A stretch of DNA of 64,000 nt, taken from contig CAWCRS010000005.1 in the NCBI GenBank assembly GCA_963798085.1, forward strand, positions 416,001 through 480,000, written 5' to 3'. The DNA comes from an uncultured Gemmatimonadales bacterium (GTDB lineage Bacteria; Gemmatimonadota; Gemmatimonadetes; Longimicrobiales; RSA9). The position numbers and the translations under genes are program-made. This document shows, piece after piece, positions 1 through 14,411 of the stretch. The stretch's first letter is position 1. Each line of letters begins with the position of its first letter. The notes beneath the pieces are model-generated. The model made no database searches and was not told the DNA's origin. It saw only the letters and a list, made by a program, of their open reading frames with translations.

Positions 1-164
1 CATCCATGAAGACGCGCGCCTGGAGGCCGAGCGCGGTGCCCTTGCGCACCGCCTCGCGCAGCAGGTCGCCGGTCGAGAGGCGGACGAGGTCGAAGCGCTC
101 GGCCGAGCAGCGGGCCCTGCGTGCCTTTGCCGGCGCCCGGCGGGCCGAAGAGAATGATGTTCAT
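1..164 (-). CDS. adk: Adenylate kinase, N-terminal part (runs off window; one apparent indel)
   Basis: Manual translation gives MNIILFGPPGAGKGTQ, then after a frameshift AERFDLVRLSTGDLLREAVRKGTALG (P-loop and STGDLLR motifs); lies downstream of secY. Confidence 0.93.
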   Translation of the reverse strand, partial: MNIILFGPPGAGKGTQGPLLGRALRPRPPLDRRPAARGGAQGHRARPPGARLHG

Positions 165-276
165 GCGCCGTCGACGTCCCTGGCAACGAGAGGGGCCCGG
201 GAGGCAACGCAGCCCCGCCCGCTCCGCGTCTCACGGCCGTGCCGGGCCGGCGCATCGCCCGACCGGATCGGCCCAC

Positions 277-1610
277 CTACATGTAGCGCTGGCGGCCACG
301 GAAGCGGACACGGCCCTTCTTCATGAAGCCCTCGTAGTGGCGCAGCAGCAGGTGCTGCTGCATCTGCTGGACCGTGTCCAGACCGACACCGACGACGATC
401 AGCAGCGACGTGCCGCCGAAGAAGAACGTCTGGATATTGAACCAGTTGAAGATCAAGAACGGCAGCAGCGCGATCAGCGAGAGATAGGCCGCGCCGGCGA
501 CGGTGATGCGGCTCAGCACGTAGTCGATGTACTCGGCCGTGCGCGCGCCCGGCTTCACGCCCGGAATGAACGCGCCCTGCTTCTTCAGGTTCTCCGCGAG
601 GTCGACCGGGTTGAAGATGATCGCCGTGTAGAAGTACGTGAAGAAGAAGATCAGGATCGCGTAGAGCACGACTGTACAGCCAGCCGCCCGGCTGCAGCGA
701 TGTCCTGGATGTCGCTGCAGGAACGGGCATGCGCGTGAACGCCGCCAGTGTGCCCGGCACGATGATGATCGACTGCGCGAAAATGATCGGCATCACGCCC
801 GCCGAATTGATGCGCAGCGGGATGAAGCTCTTCTGTCCTTCGCGAACCCGCCCGCGCCCATCACCTTGCGCGGGATCTGCACCGGGATCTTGCGCGCCGC
901 CATGGTCATGGCCACGACGCCGCGCGATCACGCCGACGATCACGAGCACCGAGCACGATCAGTGCGATCGGCCCGATCACGCGGGTGCGGAACGTCTCCC
1001 ACGTGCGTCGCCACGCGCGGCCGGGAAGCTGTCCATGATCGAGAAGAAGATCAGCAGCGACATGCCGTTGCCGATGCCGCGATCCGTGATCTGCTCGCCG
1101 AGCCACATGACGAAGATCGCGCCCCGACCAGCGAGCAGCATCGTCGTGATCAGGATGAACGAGAAGCCGGGTCGCGATGACGGCCTGCGCCGTTGTTCAG
1201 GCTCTGGATGAACACCGCGTAGCCGTAACCCTGCAGCGCCGGCGAGGGCGACGGTCGCGTAGCGCGTCCACTGCGTCAGCTTCTTGCGCCCTCGTCGCCT
1301 TCCTTCTGCATCTTCTCGACGTCGGGAACACCGCGGCCAGCAGCTGAAACATGATGCTCGCCGAGATGTACGGCATGATGCCCAGTCCGAAGACCGTCGC
1401 GCGTGAGAGCGCGCCGCCCACGAACATGTCGAAGAGGCCGAGTGTCGTCCTCTGCGAGCTGGCCGAAGGCCGGCCTGCAGCGCGTCGTAGTCGACCGAAG
1501 GCACCGTGATGTGCGCCCCCGATGCGGTAGACCGCCAGCGCTAACAGCGTGAACAGGATTTTCTGCTTCAGCTCCGGGACCCGGAACAGATTGGGAATCG
1601 GGTTGCGCAT
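277..1610 (-). CDS. secY: Preprotein translocase SecY (split by several apparent sequencing indels)
   Basis: Fragments across frames: [79 protein letters not shown]. Confidence 0.96.
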
Positions 1611-1612
1611 CG

Positions 1613-2065
1613 TCAGCTCCCGATCAGCTCGACGGTTCCGCCTGCGGCTTCGATCTTCGATTTCGCCGCTGGCGCTGGCCGCGTGCACGTGCACCGTCAC
1701 CTTGCGCTCGATGACGCCATTACCCAGCAGCTTGACGGGCATGCCGTTGCCCGCATCGATCGAGCGATGCGTCGTGGAGCAGCTCCAGCGTGATGTCGGT
1801 CTATCGGCCAGTGCGACCAGTCGGCGACGTTGATGACCTGGTACGCGGTGCGGAACGGGTTGCGGAAGCCGCGCTTGGGCACCCGCCGCTGCAGCGGCAT
1901 CTGGCCGCCTTCGAACCACGGGTGAATGCCGCCGCCGGTGCTCGCCTTGTGTCCCTTGTTGCCTTTGCCGCTCGTCTTGCCCAGTCCGGACCCCGGTCCG
2001 CGGCCCAGCCGCTTGCGCTCACGGTGCGCGTTCGCCGGCCGCGACAGGTTGCTGAGATCCGTCAT
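1613..2065 (-). CDS. rplO: 50S ribosomal protein L15 (frameshifted)
   Basis: [19 protein letters not shown] and [18 protein letters not shown]-terminal VKLLGNG in another frame. Confidence 0.95.
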
Positions 2066-2285
2066 TGGGCGCTCCCTCCTGCGACTTCATCCACCACGAG
2101 CATGATGGCTGAATCTGGAAGATCATCCCGCGAATCGCCGGGCTGTCCTCGTGCTCCACCGTCTGCTGATGCCGGCGCAGCCCGAGCGCTTCGAGAGTTG
2201 CGCGATGCTTGAGTGGCCGGCCGCTCCTGCTCCGGATCTGGGTGATGCGCAGCCGTGTGGGCTGCGCGTCGTCTTTGCTAGGCAC
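2062..2285 (-). CDS. rpmD: 50S ribosomal protein L30 (indel near 3' end)
   Basis: [36 protein letters not shown]; position between rpsE and rplO. Confidence 0.93.
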
Positions 2286-2821
2286 GGCGCACCCCCAGAT
2301 TCTGCGACACTGATACCCCGCTCCGCGGCGACCCGCTCCGCTGTCACCATCTGCTCCAGGCCGTTCATCGTCGCCCGCGCCACGTTGATCGCATTGCTCG
2401 AGCCCAGGCTCTTGGTCAGCACATCGGTGAAGCCCGCCGCTTCCAGCACGGCGCGCACCGGTCCGCCCGCGATCACGCCTGTACCGGGGCCGGCCGGCCG
2501 GAGCAGCACCCGCGCCGCGCCGTGACGGCCCATCGCCTCGTGCGGCAGCGTGCCGCTGAGCACCGGCACATCCACCATGCTCGTGCGCGCCCGCTCTACG
2601 GCCTTGCGAATGGCCTCCGACACTTCGTTCGCCTTGCCCAGCGCGATGCCGACGTGGCCATCCTTGTCACCCACCGCGACGAGAGCGGTGAACGAGAAGC
2701 GTCGCCCACCCTTCACTACCTTGGCGACGCGATTCACGACAATCACGTTCTCCGCGAGATCGCTCTCGCCACGTGACCGCCGCGGAGACCGTGAGTCTTT
2801 CCCCTGCCGCTGATTATCCAT
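2278..2821 (-). CDS. rpsE: 30S ribosomal protein S5 (3' end approximate)
   Basis: [24 protein letters not shown] and [15 protein letters not shown]. Confidence 0.96.
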
Positions 2822-2834
2822 CGATCCGTTTCCC

Positions 2835-3212
2835 CTAGAACTCCAGCCCGCCTTCACGGGCGCCTTCGGCAAACGCCGCCACGCGACCGTGATACGCGTA
2901 ACCACCCCGATCGAACACGACCGCCGTGATGCCTGCGCTCTTCGCCTTCTCCGCCAGCATCCGGCCCGCGGTATGACTGAGCGACTTCTTCGAGCTGCCA
3001 TCCCCGGACTTGCGCAGGTCGCGCAGCTCGGGCGCCAGCGTCGAGATGCCCATCAGGACCTTGCCACTGGCATCATCGGCAATGTGTCCCTGCATGTTCT
3101 TCAGCGACCGGTGCACCACCAGGCGAGGTCGCTCGGCGGTGCCCTGTATGCGACGGCGCACCCGACGGTGCCGGCGCTTCAGCTGCGTTTCGCGGTCTCT
3201 CGATTTCGACAT
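2835..3212 (-). CDS. rplR: 50S ribosomal protein L18
   Basis: [13 protein letters not shown] and [28 protein letters not shown]. Confidence 0.97.
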   Translation of the reverse strand: MSKSRDRETQLKRRHRRVRRRIQGTAERPRLVVHRSLKNMQGHIADDASGKVLMGISTLAPELRDLRKSGDGSSKKSLSHTAGRMLAEKAKSAGITAVVFDRGGYAYHGRVAAFAEGAREGGLEF

Positions 3213-3228
3213 TTGCCTTTCCTCACGC

Positions 3229-3768
3229 CTACTTGGCGCCGGCCTTGCCCGCCTTGCGGCGGACCTGCTCGCCCCTATACCGAATGCCCTTGCCCTTGTA
3301 CGGTTCCGGCGGACGCACCGACCGGATCTCCGCCGCCACCTGCCCGACCTTCTGCTTGTCAGCGCCCTCGATCACAATGTTGATCGGAGAAGGCGTGGTG
3401 ATCTTGATCCCCGTCGGCTCCGGGTACTGCACCGGGTGCGAGTAGCCCACGGTCAGCGTCAGCGCCGTGCCCTTCTTCTCCGCCTTGTAGCCCACGCCCA
3501 CGATCTCCAGCGCGCGACTGTACCCGCTCGCCACGCCCGTGACCATGTTGGCGAGCAGCGCCCGCGTCAGGCCGTGCAGGGCGCGGTCGCGTTTGGAATC
3601 GCTGCCGCGCGTGACCAGTATCCGCCCGTCGTCCAGCGCAACGCTCACCTCGGGCCGGAACGTGCGTGCCAATTCGCCCTTCGGCCCCTTCACACGCACA
3701 GTGTTGTCCGTGATCTCGACGGTGACGCCCTTGGGCACAGGCACCGGCTTCTTTCCGATTCGTGACAT
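3229..3768 (-). CDS. rplF: 50S ribosomal protein L6
   Basis: MSRIGKKPV and [13 protein letters not shown]. Confidence 0.98.
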   Translation of the reverse strand: MSRIGKKPVPVPKGVTVEITDNTVRVKGPKGELARTFRPEVSVALDDGRILVTRGSDSKRDRALHGLTRALLANMVTGVASGYSRALEIVGVGYKAEKKGTALTLTVGYSHPVQYPEPTGIKITTPSPINIVIEGADKQKVGQVAAEIRSVRPPEPYKGKGIRYRGEQVRRKAGKAGAK

Positions 3769-3777
3769 GCCGCCCCC

Positions 3778-4170
3778 CTACCAGACCAGCGCCATGACCT
3801 CGCCCCCGATATTCCGGGAGCGGGCCTGCCTGTCGGACATCACGCCCTGCGGTGTCGTGACGATCGCGATGCCCAGGCCGCCGCGCACACGCGGCAGGTC
3901 GCGCGCCCCGCGATACAGGCGCCGCCCTGGCCGCGATACGCGGCGGATCGAGCGGATCACGGGTCGTCCCTCGAAGTACCGCAGGTACACGCGCAGCACG
4001 CCGTGCCGCCCGTCGTCCAGCACCTTGTAGTCCTGAATGAAGTGGTTTTCCTTGAGGATGCGCGCGACCTCGGTCTTCAGACGGGAGGTTGGCATGTCCA
4101 CACGTCGCTGCCGCGCGCCGCACGCGTTGCGGATGCGGGTGAGCAGATCCGCAATCGGATCGGTCATCAT
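3778..4170 (-). CDS. rpsH: 30S ribosomal protein S8
   Basis: MTDPIADLLTRIRN, SRPGRRLY, GLGIAIVTTPQGV. Confidence 0.98.
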   Translation of the reverse strand: MMTDPIADLLTRIRNACGARQRRVDMPTSRLKTEVARILKENHFIQDYKVLDDGRHGVLRVYLRYFEGRPVIRSIRRVSRPGRRLYRGARDLPRVRGGLGIAIVTTPQGVMSDRQARSRNIGGEVMALVW

Positions 4171-4237
4171 GATGAGTCTTGCCTCCTAGAGTATCCGGTC
4201 AGGCCGGACTTTTAGGATCAGGGGTCGTTGCGCCGGT

Positions 4238-4423
4238 CTACCAGCTCGCCTTGCGCACGCCCGGGATCTCGCCATTCAGCGACATCTCCCGGAAACGAAT
4301 GCGGCAGAGGCCGAACTTCCGCAGAAATGCGCGCGGCCGGCCGCAGCGCGTGCAGCGGTGCCGCACGCGCACGCCGAACTTGGGCTTGGCCCGCGACTTC
4401 TCGATCAGTGCCTTCCTCGCCAT
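4238..4423 (-). CDS. rpsN: 30S ribosomal protein S14, short zinc-binding type Z
   Basis: 61 aa with [24 protein letters not shown]. Confidence 0.97.
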   Translation of the reverse strand: MARKALIEKSRAKPKFGVRVRHRCTRCGRPRAFLRKFGLCRIRFREMSLNGEIPGVRKASW

Positions 4424-4452
4424 GTCTTCCTCGATCTCCGTCCGGCCGCCGA

Positions 4453-5022
4453 CTACTCGGCGGCCAGCAGCACGGGCGTCTCGCCGCGGAAGGGCATGCC
4501 CATCTCGCGCAGCAGTGCTAACGCCTCATTATCCTTCTTCGTGGACGTCACCATCACGATGTCCATCCCGTGGACCTTCTCCACCTTGTCGTAGTCGATC
4601 TCGGGGAAGATCATCTGTTCCTTGATGCCCAGCGTGTAGTTGCCGCGGCCATCGAAGGAACGCGTGGGCACACCGCGAAAGTCGCGCACGCGCGGCAGCG
4701 CCACGTTGATCAGGCGGTCCAGGAACTCGTACATGCGCGGGCCGCGCAGCGTCACGCTGACGCCCACGGGCTGGCCCTCGCGCAGCGCGAAGTTGGATAT
4801 CGACTTCCTCGCGCGCGTGATCAGCGGCTTCTGACCCGTGATGGCGCCGATCTCGGCGGCCACCGAGTCCAGCAGCTTGGCGTTGCTCTTGCCCTCACCC
4901 AGGCCCACGTTCACCACCACCTTCTCGATACGCGGGATCTGGAACGGATTGCCGAACCCGAACTCCTCTGCCAGCCGGTTGCGCACGCGCTCTTCGTAGT
5001 AGGCCTGCAGCCGTGGTTTCAT
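4453..5022 (-). CDS. rplE: 50S ribosomal protein L5
   Basis: [23 protein letters not shown] and [20 protein letters not shown]. Confidence 0.98.
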   Translation of the reverse strand: MKPRLQAYYEERVRNRLAEEFGFGNPFQIPRIEKVVVNVGLGEGKSNAKLLDSVAAEIGAITGQKPLITRARKSISNFALREGQPVGVSVTLRGPRMYEFLDRLINVALPRVRDFRGVPTRSFDGRGNYTLGIKEQMIFPEIDYDKVEKVHGMDIVMVTSTKKDNEALALLREMGMPFRGETPVLLAAE

Positions 5023-5034
5023 TGCGTTGCTCCG

Positions 5035-5421
5035 CTAACTGCGTGTAACCGGAATGGCGTTGCCACTCCGCACGCTGATCCGTTCCGTGCGACCGTCCTT
5101 GTCCTTGTGCCGCCGCACCCGTGTCGGATCGCCCGTGGCCGGATCGATCAGCATCACGTTGGACGCATGGATCGGCGCTTCGAACGTGACGATGCCGCCT
5201 TCCGGGTTGGCCTGTGACGGCCGCATGTGCCGCTTGCGCATGTTGACGCCCTCGACCACCACGCGGTTCTGCGACGGCACTGCGCTCAGGACCCTGCCTT
5301 CGCGGCCGGCGAACGCGCCGCGGATGATGCGCACCTTGTCACCCTTGCGCACGTGCATCTTGCGCACGCCCTCGCGCGGCTTCCTGCGCGCGCCGCCGCC
5401 GCCGATCGTCTGTCTCGGCAT
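5035..5421 (-). CDS. rplX: 50S ribosomal protein L24
   Basis: [31 protein letters not shown]. Confidence 0.96.
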   Translation of the reverse strand: MPRQTIGGGGARRKPREGVRKMHVRKGDKVRIIRGAFAGREGRVLSAVPSQNRVVVEGVNMRKRHMRPSQANPEGGIVTFEAPIHASNVMLIDPATGDPTRVRRHKDKDGRTERISVRSGNAIPVTRS

Positions 5422-5789
5422 CAGATCACCTCCGGCGCCAGCGAGACGATCTTCATGAACTTCTTCTCGCGCAGCTCCCGCCCCACCGGACCGAAGATGC
5501 GCGTGGCCTTGGGCTCGCCTGCCTCGTTGATGATCACGGCCGCGTTGTCATCGAAGCGGATGTAGGAGCCATCGCGACGACGCACTTCCTTGGCTGTGCG
5601 CACCACCACTGCCTTGGCCACCTCACCCTTCTTCACGGTACCATTGGGCAGCGCATCCTTGATAGTGACAACGATCACGTCGCCCACGGACGCGTAGCGC
5701 CGGCCCGACCCGCCCAGCACGCGGATGCACAACGCCTCCTTGGCGCCGGAATTGTCCGCGATCTTCAGTATGGTTTCCTGCTGGATCAT
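5421..5789 (-). CDS. rplN: 50S ribosomal protein L14
   Basis: [17 protein letters not shown] and [12 protein letters not shown]. Confidence 0.98.
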   Translation of the reverse strand: MIQQETILKIADNSGAKEALCIRVLGGSGRRYASVGDVIVVTIKDALPNGTVKKGEVAKAVVVRTAKEVRRRDGSYIRFDDNAAVIINEAGEPKATRIFGPVGRELREKKFMKIVSLAPEVI

Positions 5790-5796
5790 GGTTGCC

Positions 5797-6066
5797 TCAC
5801 TTCGCCTGGCGCAGGACTTCGATCACACGCCAGCGCTTCAGCTTGGAGAGCGGCCGCGTCTCTGCGATGCGCACCAGGTCACCCTCGTGCGCTTCGCCCT
5901 GCTCGTCGTGCGCGTAGTAGCGATGCGTGTGCGCCACCTGCTTGCCGTAGAGCGGGTGTGCGACGCGGCGTTCCACCACCACGACCACCGTCTTCTGCTG
6001 CTTGTCGCTCGTCACGCGCCCCACGCGGGTCTTGCGCGTGCCCCTCGACTTTTCCATGTCAGCCAT
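5797..6066 (-). CDS. rpsQ: 30S ribosomal protein S17
   Basis: [31 protein letters not shown]. Confidence 0.97.
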   Translation of the reverse strand: MADMEKSRGTRKTRVGRVTSDKQQKTVVVVVERRVAHPLYGKQVAHTHRYYAHDEQGEAHEGDLVRIAETRPLSKLKRWRVIEVLRQAK

Positions 6067-6256
6067 TCTTCGACTCCCGCTCGCGCAGGATCGTGTTCAT
6101 GCGCGCCACGTCGCGGCGCAGCTTGCGCAGCAGCGACGGGTTCTCCAGCTCCTGCGTGGCACTGCGGAAGCGCAGGCGGAACAGCTCTTCGCTGGTCTGT
6201 GCGATCTGTTCGCGAACCTCGACATCGGTCAGGTCCCGGATTTCGTCCGCCCTCAC
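6059..6256 (-). CDS. rpmC: 50S ribosomal protein L29
   Basis: GTG start overlapping rplP stop; [30 protein letters not shown]. Confidence 0.94.
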   Translation of the reverse strand: MRADEIRDLTDVEVREQIAQTSEELFRLRFRSATQELENPSLLRKLRRDVARMNTILRERESKNG

Positions 6257-6681
6257 GACTTCTTCTCCTCGGCCCGGTGGCTCGTCACCATCTTCGACTT
6301 TACCGGCAGCTTGGCGGCAGCCAGTGCGAACGCCTTGCGTGCAATGTCCGCCGCAATGCCCTCCACCTCGAACATGACGCGCCCGGGCTTGACCACGGCC
6401 ACCCACATTTCCGGGTTGCCCTTGCCCTTCCCCATGCGCGTTTCCGCCGGCTTCTTGGTGACCGGTTTGTCCGGGAAGATGCGGATCCACACCTTGCCGC
6501 CACGCTTGATGTGGCGCGTCAAGGCGACGCGGGCCGCTTCGATCTGCCGGTTCGTGACCCAGCCCGGCTCGAGCGATTGCAGACCGTAGTCACCGAACGC
6601 CAGCGTGTTGCCGCGCGTCGCCATGCCGCGCATGCGGCCCTTCTGCTGCTTACGGTACTTGACTCTTTTCGGCGCCAGCAT
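6253..6681 (-). CDS. rplP: 50S ribosomal protein L16
   Basis: [15 protein letters not shown] and [24 protein letters not shown]. Confidence 0.98.
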   Translation of the reverse strand: MLAPKRVKYRKQQKGRMRGMATRGNTLAFGDYGLQSLEPGWVTNRQIEAARVALTRHIKRGGKVWIRIFPDKPVTKKPAETRMGKGKGNPEMWVAVVKPGRVMFEVEGIAADIARKAFALAAAKLPVKSKMVTSHRAEEKKS

Positions 6682-6693
6682 CTCGCGTCCTCG

Positions 6694-7353
6694 TCACATC
6701 CCTGTCGAGTAGGTCCGCCCGCGGCGGTCCTCGACCACTTCGCCCTTGAATATCCAGACCTTGACCCCGATCGTGCCGTACGTCGTCTTGGCCGTGGACC
6801 GTGCATAGTCAATGTCCGCGCGAATCGTGTGCAGCGGCACGCGACCCTCGTGATAACCTTCTGTTCGCGCGATTTCTGCACCACCCAGGCGCCCGCTCAC
6901 CTTGACGCGGATGCCATCCGCGCCCGAGCGCATCGCCCCCTGCACCGCGCGCTTCATGGCGCGGCGGAAGGAAACCCGCTGCTGCAGCTGATGCGCGATG
7001 TTGTCGGCCACCAGCTGTGATTCCACTTCCGGCCGCTTGATCTCTTCCACATTGATGGCGACCTCGCTCTTGGTGAGGTGCGCCAGTTCGTCACGCAGCT
7101 TGTCCACTTCCGCACCCTGCTTGCCGATCACCACGCCCGGCCTCGCCGTGTGGATGGTGACCACGATCTTCTGCGGCTTGCGCTCGATCTCCACTTCCGC
7201 GAGCGCCGCATGCGCGAGGCGCTGGTGCAGGTATTTGCGGATCGTCTCGTCTTCACGCAGCATCGCGCCGAACGTGCGCTCCGCGTACCAGCGCGACCGC
7301 CACGGCTTGATGACGCCCAGACGGAAACCGCGCGGGTGCGTCTTCTGTCCCAT
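6694..7353 (-). CDS. rpsC: 30S ribosomal protein S3
   Basis: [13 protein letters not shown] and [26 protein letters not shown]. Confidence 0.98.
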   Translation of the reverse strand: MGQKTHPRGFRLGVIKPWRSRWYAERTFGAMLREDETIRKYLHQRLAHAALAEVEIERKPQKIVVTIHTARPGVVIGKQGAEVDKLRDELAHLTKSEVAINVEEIKRPEVESQLVADNIAHQLQQRVSFRRAMKRAVQGAMRSGADGIRVKVSGRLGGAEIARTEGYHEGRVPLHTIRADIDYARSTAKTTYGTIGVKVWIFKGEVVEDRRGRTYSTGM

Positions 7354-7355
7354 GC

Positions 7356-7706
7356 CTACTCCTTCCGGTCCACGACGATGATCACATGCGACGTCGGACG
7401 CCGGATCGGCGCCGCCCGTCCCATGGCGGCGGCGCGCCAGCGCTTGAGCCGCGGACCCCCATTGATGAAGGCGGCCTTCACGTAGAGTTCATCCACGTCG
7501 ACCGGCTCGCCCTGGTTCTCCGACTTGACGCGCGCATTCGCCACCGCCGAGCGCAGCGTCTTGTCGATGCACTCCGCCGCGCGCCGATTGGAGAACTGCA
7601 GAATGGCGTACGCCTCGTTGACGGCGCGGCCGCGGATCTGATCCACGACCTGCCGCATCTTGCGCGGACTCTGCCGGTTGTGTCGCGATTCAGCCCTGGC
7701 TTCCAT
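7356..7706 (-). CDS. rplV: 50S ribosomal protein L22
   Basis: [14 protein letters not shown] and [15 protein letters not shown]. Confidence 0.97.
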   Translation of the reverse strand: MEARAESRHNRQSPRKMRQVVDQIRGRAVNEAYAILQFSNRRAAECIDKTLRSAVANARVKSENQGEPVDVDELYVKAAFINGGPRLKRWRAAAMGRAAPIRRPTSHVIIVVDRKE

Positions 7707-7712
7707 GCGGCC

Positions 7713-8003
7713 TCACTTCACCTTGGCTTTCTTGTCCGAACTCAGCTTGCCGCCGTGGCCGCGGAACAGTCGCGTGGGCGCGAATTCGCCCAGCTTGTGG
7801 CCCACCATGTTCTCCGAGATGTAGACCGGAATGAACTTGTTGCCATTGTGCACGGCCAGCGTGTGACCCACGAACTCGGGCGAAATCGTGGACGCACGCG
7901 CCCACGTCTTCACCACACGCTTCTCGTTCCGGCTGTTCATGATGCGAATCCGGTCCTGCAGCTTCACATCGATGAACGGGCCCTTCTTCGTTGATCGGCT
8001 CAT
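7713..8003 (-). CDS. rpsS: 30S ribosomal protein S19
   Basis: [12 protein letters not shown] and [13 protein letters not shown]. Confidence 0.98.
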   Translation of the reverse strand: MSRSTKKGPFIDVKLQDRIRIMNSRNEKRVVKTWARASTISPEFVGHTLAVHNGNKFIPVYISENMVGHKLGEFAPTRLFRGHGGKLSSDKKAKVK

Positions 8004-8037
8004 GTCGTTCCCGAACGGCGGTCTCTGTGGTCCTGGC

Positions 8038-8883
8038 TCATGAACCGCCCGTCGCCTTCCCGCGACGGCGTCCCCTGACGATGTACTGGTTCGACTGCTT
8101 CTTGTGCGCGCGCGTCTTCACGCCCTCGGGTTTGCCCCAGGGCGAGCAGGCCGGCCGACCGCCGGAGGACTTGCCCTCGCCACCACCCAGCGGGTGATCG
8201 ACCGGGTTCATGGCCACGCCGCGCACCTTGGGCCGCTTGCCCCGCCAGCGCGACGCCCCTGCCTTGCCGATGACCTGCAGCTCGTGGTCGGTGTTGCCCA
8301 CTTCGCCGATCGTCGCCAGACAGCGGCGCAGCACCATGCGCACTTCTGTCGAGGGCAGGCGCAAGGTCACATACTCGCCTTCCTTGGCCACGACCTGCGC
8401 GGAATTGCCGGCCGAGCGCACGATCTGGCCACCCTTGCCCGGCTTCAGCTCGATGTTGTGCACCACCGTGCCCAGCGGCACCTCGCCCAGCGGCACGCAG
8501 TTGCCCACGCGAATGTCGGAGCCCGGCCCGCTCACCACCGAATCGCCCTTCACCAGGCCACGCGGGTGCAGGATGTAGCGCTTCTCGCCATCCGCATAGT
8601 GGATCAAGGCGATGTTGGCCGAGCGGTTGGGATCGTATTCGATCTCGGCCACGCGCCCCACGACGCCGAACTTGTCGCGCCGGAAATCAATGCGCCGGTA
8701 GAGGCGGCGCGCACCCCCACCGCGGCGCCGCGAGGTGACGCGCCCGTGATGGTTGCGCCCGCCGCTCTTGCTCAGCGGCTCGAGCAGCGACGCCTCGGCT
8801 CCCTGGCGCGTGATCTCCTCGTAGTGCGAGACCAGCCGGAACCGCGTGCCGGGTGTAACCGGCTTGAATTTCTTGGTCGGCAT
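8038..8883 (-). CDS. rplB: 50S ribosomal protein L2
   Basis: [13 protein letters not shown] and [17 protein letters not shown]. Confidence 0.98.
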   Translation of the reverse strand: MPTKKFKPVTPGTRFRLVSHYEEITRQGAEASLLEPLSKSGGRNHHGRVTSRRRGGGARRLYRRIDFRRDKFGVVGRVAEIEYDPNRSANIALIHYADGEKRYILHPRGLVKGDSVVSGPGSDIRVGNCVPLGEVPLGTVVHNIELKPGKGGQIVRSAGNSAQVVAKEGEYVTLRLPSTEVRMVLRRCLATIGEVGNTDHELQVIGKAGASRWRGKRPKVRGVAMNPVDHPLGGGEGKSSGGRPACSPWGKPEGVKTRAHKKQSNQYIVRGRRRGKATGGS

Positions 8884-8917
8884 AACCGTCTGTTATGAAG
8901 CCATGAGGGCCGTCATG

Positions 8918-9208
8918 CTACACGCCCTCGTACACATCAATGGAATCGCCTTCCGCCAGGCGCACCACCGCCTTCTTGTAGGCCGGACGCCGGCCCAGGC
9001 TGCGTCCCACGCGGCGCCACTTGCCCTGGTAATTCGCCGTGCGCACCGTCTCCACGCGCACGCCGAACAGCTGCTGCACCGCGTTGCGGATCTCCAGCTT
9101 GTTGGCGGCGCGCGCCACAATGAACGTGTAGGTGCGCATGGTTTCCTGCATGGCGGCCGAACCCTCGGTTACGACCGGCCGCAGGATCACGCTGCGGGGA
9201 TCACGCAT
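8918..9208 (-). CDS. rplW: 50S ribosomal protein L23
   Basis: ILRPVVTE, ANKLEIRNAVQQLFGVRV, YKKAVVRL. Confidence 0.96.
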   Translation of the reverse strand: MRDPRSVILRPVVTEGSAAMQETMRTYTFIVARAANKLEIRNAVQQLFGVRVETVRTANYQGKWRRVGRSLGRRPAYKKAVVRLAEGDSIDVYEGV

Positions 9209-9830
9209 GCGCCACCTCCGCGGCCCTCTCCAGGGCGCCCACTTCGATGATCACACTGTCCGCCCACAGCACATCGTACGTCGACTCCTCGCCGAAGGGC
9301 CGTACCTCGAGACCGACCACGTTGCGCGCCGAACGGTGCACCAGCGGCTGGTGGCCGTCGGTCAGTAACAGCACGTTACCGGTCGCCCCGGTCGCCTTGA
9401 GCACCGTGACCAGGCGCTTCGTCCCGGGCGCATCCATGCGGATGCTGTCGATGAGCAGCACACTGTTGTCCTGCGCCCGCGCATTGTACGCCGAGCGGCG
9501 CGCCAGCCAGCGCACCTGCTTGGGCAGATCCTGCTTGTAATTGCGGCCCGGGCGCGGCCCGAACACCACGCCGCCGCCCCGCCAGTGCGGGGAGCGGATG
9601 GAACCCTGGCGCGCGCGGCCCGTGCCCTTCTGCCGCCACGGCTTCTTGTTGCCGCCCGAAACTTCGGCGCGCGTCTTGGTGGAGGCCGTCGCCTGTCGCT
9701 GATTCGACAGGTACGCCTTCACCGCCTGCCACATGGCCGCCTCGTGCACCACACCATCGAACAGCGTGTCAGGCAGCTCGCGCTCGCCCGACTTCTGCCC
9801 GTCAGTGTCATAAACCGGTGCCTTGAACAT
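9201..9830 (-). CDS. rplD: 50S ribosomal protein L4
   Basis: [30 protein letters not shown]. Confidence 0.98.
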   Translation of the reverse strand: MFKAPVYDTDGQKSGERELPDTLFDGVVHEAAMWQAVKAYLSNQRQATASTKTRAEVSGGNKKPWRQKGTGRARQGSIRSPHWRGGGVVFGPRPGRNYKQDLPKQVRWLARRSAYNARAQDNSVLLIDSIRMDAPGTKRLVTVLKATGATGNVLLLTDGHQPLVHRSARNVVGLEVRPFGEESTYDVLWADSVIIEVGALERAAEVAHA

Positions 9831-9918
9831 CGTGTCTGCTCCGTTCTCCCCGGCGTCCGGGGTCGGAACCGTCGCGCCGGCGACGCCGTGCTTCCGGCGA
9901 CCGCCGCGCCCTCCGGTC

Positions 9919-10551
9919 TCAGCCCTGGGCCTCCATCTTCCGGATCACGACCAGGCTGTTGCGTGCGCCTGGCACTCCACCCCGCACGAAAATCAGGTTG
10001 CGCTCCGCGTCCACACGCTCGACGCGCACGTTGCGCATTGTGTGCTGCCGGTCCCCCATGTGTCCGGGCATCTTCTTGCCCTTGATGGTGCGGGACGGAT
10101 TGGTGCCCGGTCCCAGGGTCCCCGGATTGCGCTTCTTCGGGTGTCCGTGCGACGCGGGCCGGCCCCGGAATCCGTGGCGCTTCACCACGCCCTGGAAGCC
10201 GCGTCCCTTCGTCGTCCCCACGACCTTGATGCGGTCGCCTTCCGCGAATTGCGCCACTGTCAGGCTCTGACCGACCGTCACGTCGGGCGGAGCTGTCAGC
10301 CGGATCTCGCGCAGCGTGCGGGGCGCGTACTCCAGGCCCGCCTTGCGCACGTGCCCGAGCTCCGCCCTGGGAGAGCGCGCCGGCTTGCGGGCACCGAACG
10401 CGACCTGCACCGCGTCGTACCCATCACTGTCGCGCGTCTTCACCTGCGTCACCGGGCAGGGACCCGCTTCGATCACGGTCACCGGCACGGCTGCGCCCGA
10501 TGCACCGAAGATCTGGGTCATGCCAATCTTGCGTCCGATCAGTCCCGCCAT
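9919..10551 (-). CDS. rplC: 50S ribosomal protein L3
   Basis: [10 protein letters not shown] and [14 protein letters not shown]. Confidence 0.98.
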   Translation of the reverse strand: MAGLIGRKIGMTQIFGASGAAVPVTVIEAGPCPVTQVKTRDSDGYDAVQVAFGARKPARSPRAELGHVRKAGLEYAPRTLREIRLTAPPDVTVGQSLTVAQFAEGDRIKVVGTTKGRGFQGVVKRHGFRGRPASHGHPKKRNPGTLGPGTNPSRTIKGKKMPGHMGDRQHTMRNVRVERVDAERNLIFVRGGVPGARNSLVVIRKMEAQG

Positions 10552-10580
10552 ATCTCGCCTGATCCCGTTGCCGCTACTCG

Positions 10581-10889
10581 TCAGTCGACCTTGATCTCGA
10601 CGTCTACACCCGCCGGCAGATCCAGCTTGGTCAGCGCATCAATGGTCTGCGGCCGTGAGTCGATGATGTCGATCACGCGCTTGTGCGTCTTCAGCTCGAA
10701 CTGCTCGCGACTCTTCTTGTCAATGTGCGGAGAACGCAGCACGGTCCAGCGCTGCACCCGCGTGGGCAGCGGAATCGGCCCGCTGATGCGGGCGCCCGTC
10801 TTCTCGGCGGTGCGCACTATGTCCGACGCAGTCTGGTCAATCACCGCGTGGTCGAACGCCTTCAGTCGGATCCTGATCTTGCCGGCCAT
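10581..10889 (-). CDS. rpsJ: 30S ribosomal protein S10
   Basis: [11 protein letters not shown] and [14 protein letters not shown]. Confidence 0.98.
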   Translation of the reverse strand: MAGKIRIRLKAFDHAVIDQTASDIVRTAEKTGARISGPIPLPTRVQRWTVLRSPHIDKKSREQFELKTHKRVIDIIDSRPQTIDALTKLDLPAGVDVEIKVD

Positions 10890-10931
10890 GTTCCCCTAAC
10901 AGATCGATAGCATTGTTGCGTGAAACCTCGA

Positions 10932-12215
10932 ACCGCGTTACTGGGGCTCGGGCTGGTTGCTGGGGAACTGCTGAACTGCCACCGCAAAACCAGCTCCTGC
11001 GCCCTTGCCCGTTGCCGCTTACAGCACCACCTCGGTCACGACGCCGGCGCCTACCGTGCGGCCGCCCTCGCGGATCGCAAAGCGCAGCTCCTTCTCCATC
11101 GCGATCGGCATGATCAGCTCGATCTCCATCTGCACGTTGTCGCCCGGCATCACCATCTCCACTCCCGCCGGCAGCTGCACCGCCCCCGTCACGTCCGTCG
11201 TCCGAAAATAGAACTGCGGCCGGTACCCATTGAAAAACGGCGTGTGCCGGCCCCCTTCTTCCTTCGTCAGCACGTACACTTCCGCCTTGAACTTCGTGTG
11301 CGGCGTGATCGATCCCGGCTTCGCCAGCACCATCCCCCGCTCGATCTCTTCCTTCCCCACCCCGCGCAGCAGCAGCCCCACATTGTCCCCCGCAAACCCC
11401 TCGTCCAGCAGCTTGCGGAACATCTCCACCCCCGTCACTACCGCCTTCTTCGCCGCCCCAAGCCCCACCATCTCCACCTCATCCCCCACCTTCACCTTCC
11501 CCCGCTCGATCCGACCCGTCGCCACCGTCCCACGACCCGTGATGCTGAACACATCCTCCACCGGCATCAGGAACGGCTTGTCCGTCTCCCGCACCGGCTC
11601 CGGGATATAGCTGTCAATCGCATCCATCAATTCCCCGATCTTCTTCCCCCACTCGCTCTCCGGGTCCCCGCTCTCCAGCGCCTTCAGCGCGCTCCCCCGG
11701 ATCACCGGCGTGTCGTCCCCCGGAAAATCGTACTCCGACAACAGCTCCCGTACTTCCAGCTCCACCAGGTCGATCAGCTCCGGGTCGTCCACCGCATCGC
11801 ACTTGTTCAGGTATACCACCACGTACGGCACATTCACCTGCCGCGCCAGCAGTATGTGCTCCCGCGTCTGCGGCATCGGCCCATCCGCCGCACTCACCAC
11901 CAGTATCGCCCCGTCCATCTGCGCCGCACCCGTGATCATGTTCTTCACATAATCCGCGTGCCCCGGACAGTCCACGTGCGCGTAGTGCCGGTGCACCGTC
12001 TGATACTCCACGTGCGCCGTCGCGATCGTGATCCCCCGCTCCCGCTCCTCCGGCGCCTTGTCAATGTTGTCGAACGACACAAAGTCCGCCAACCCCTTCT
12101 TCGACTGGATCAGCGTGATCGCCGCCGTCAACGTCGTCTTCCCGTGGTCCACATGCCCGATCGTCCCCACGTTCACGTGCGGCTTCGTCCGCTCAAACTT
12201 CGCCTTCGCCATGTC
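10932..12215. repeat. Direct repeat, copy 1 (tuf plus 87 bp of 3' flank); copy 2 at 27780-29063
   Basis: Same sequence at a constant offset of 16848 bp; translations identical; no mismatch seen by eye. Confidence 0.95.
11019..12212 (-). CDS. tuf: Elongation factor Tu (str-operon copy)
   Basis: [27 protein letters not shown]; full length, 397 aa. Confidence 0.99.
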   Translation of the reverse strand: MAKAKFERTKPHVNVGTIGHVDHGKTTLTAAITLIQSKKGLADFVSFDNIDKAPEERERGITIATAHVEYQTVHRHYAHVDCPGHADYVKNMITGAAQMDGAILVVSAADGPMPQTREHILLARQVNVPYVVVYLNKCDAVDDPELIDLVELEVRELLSEYDFPGDDTPVIRGSALKALESGDPESEWGKKIGELMDAIDSYIPEPVRETDKPFLMPVEDVFSITGRGTVATGRIERGKVKVGDEVEMVGLGAAKKAVVTGVEMFRKLLDEGFAGDNVGLLLRGVGKEEIERGMVLAKPGSITPHTKFKAEVYVLTKEEGGRHTPFFNGYRPQFYFRTTDVTGAVQLPAGVEMVMPGDNVQMEIELIMPIAMEKELRFAIREGGRTVGAGVVTEVVL

Positions 12216-12304
12216 CTTTTCTCCGCGCCCTCGAATTTCCGCTCAACTGCGATTCCGTTTTCCGGGCCTGGTTCTGCGTGCGACCAGCAACCCGCAACGA
12301 CGTG

Positions 12305-14401
<2,097 letters not shown>

Positions 14402-14411
14402 AGCGATTATG

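Noticed and set aside
1..2300. Frameshifts in adk, secY, rplO, rpmD and rpsE as pseudogenisation or programmed frameshifting
   Set aside because: These are essential genes with clustered single-base indels and otherwise conserved sequence, which fits long-read consensus error
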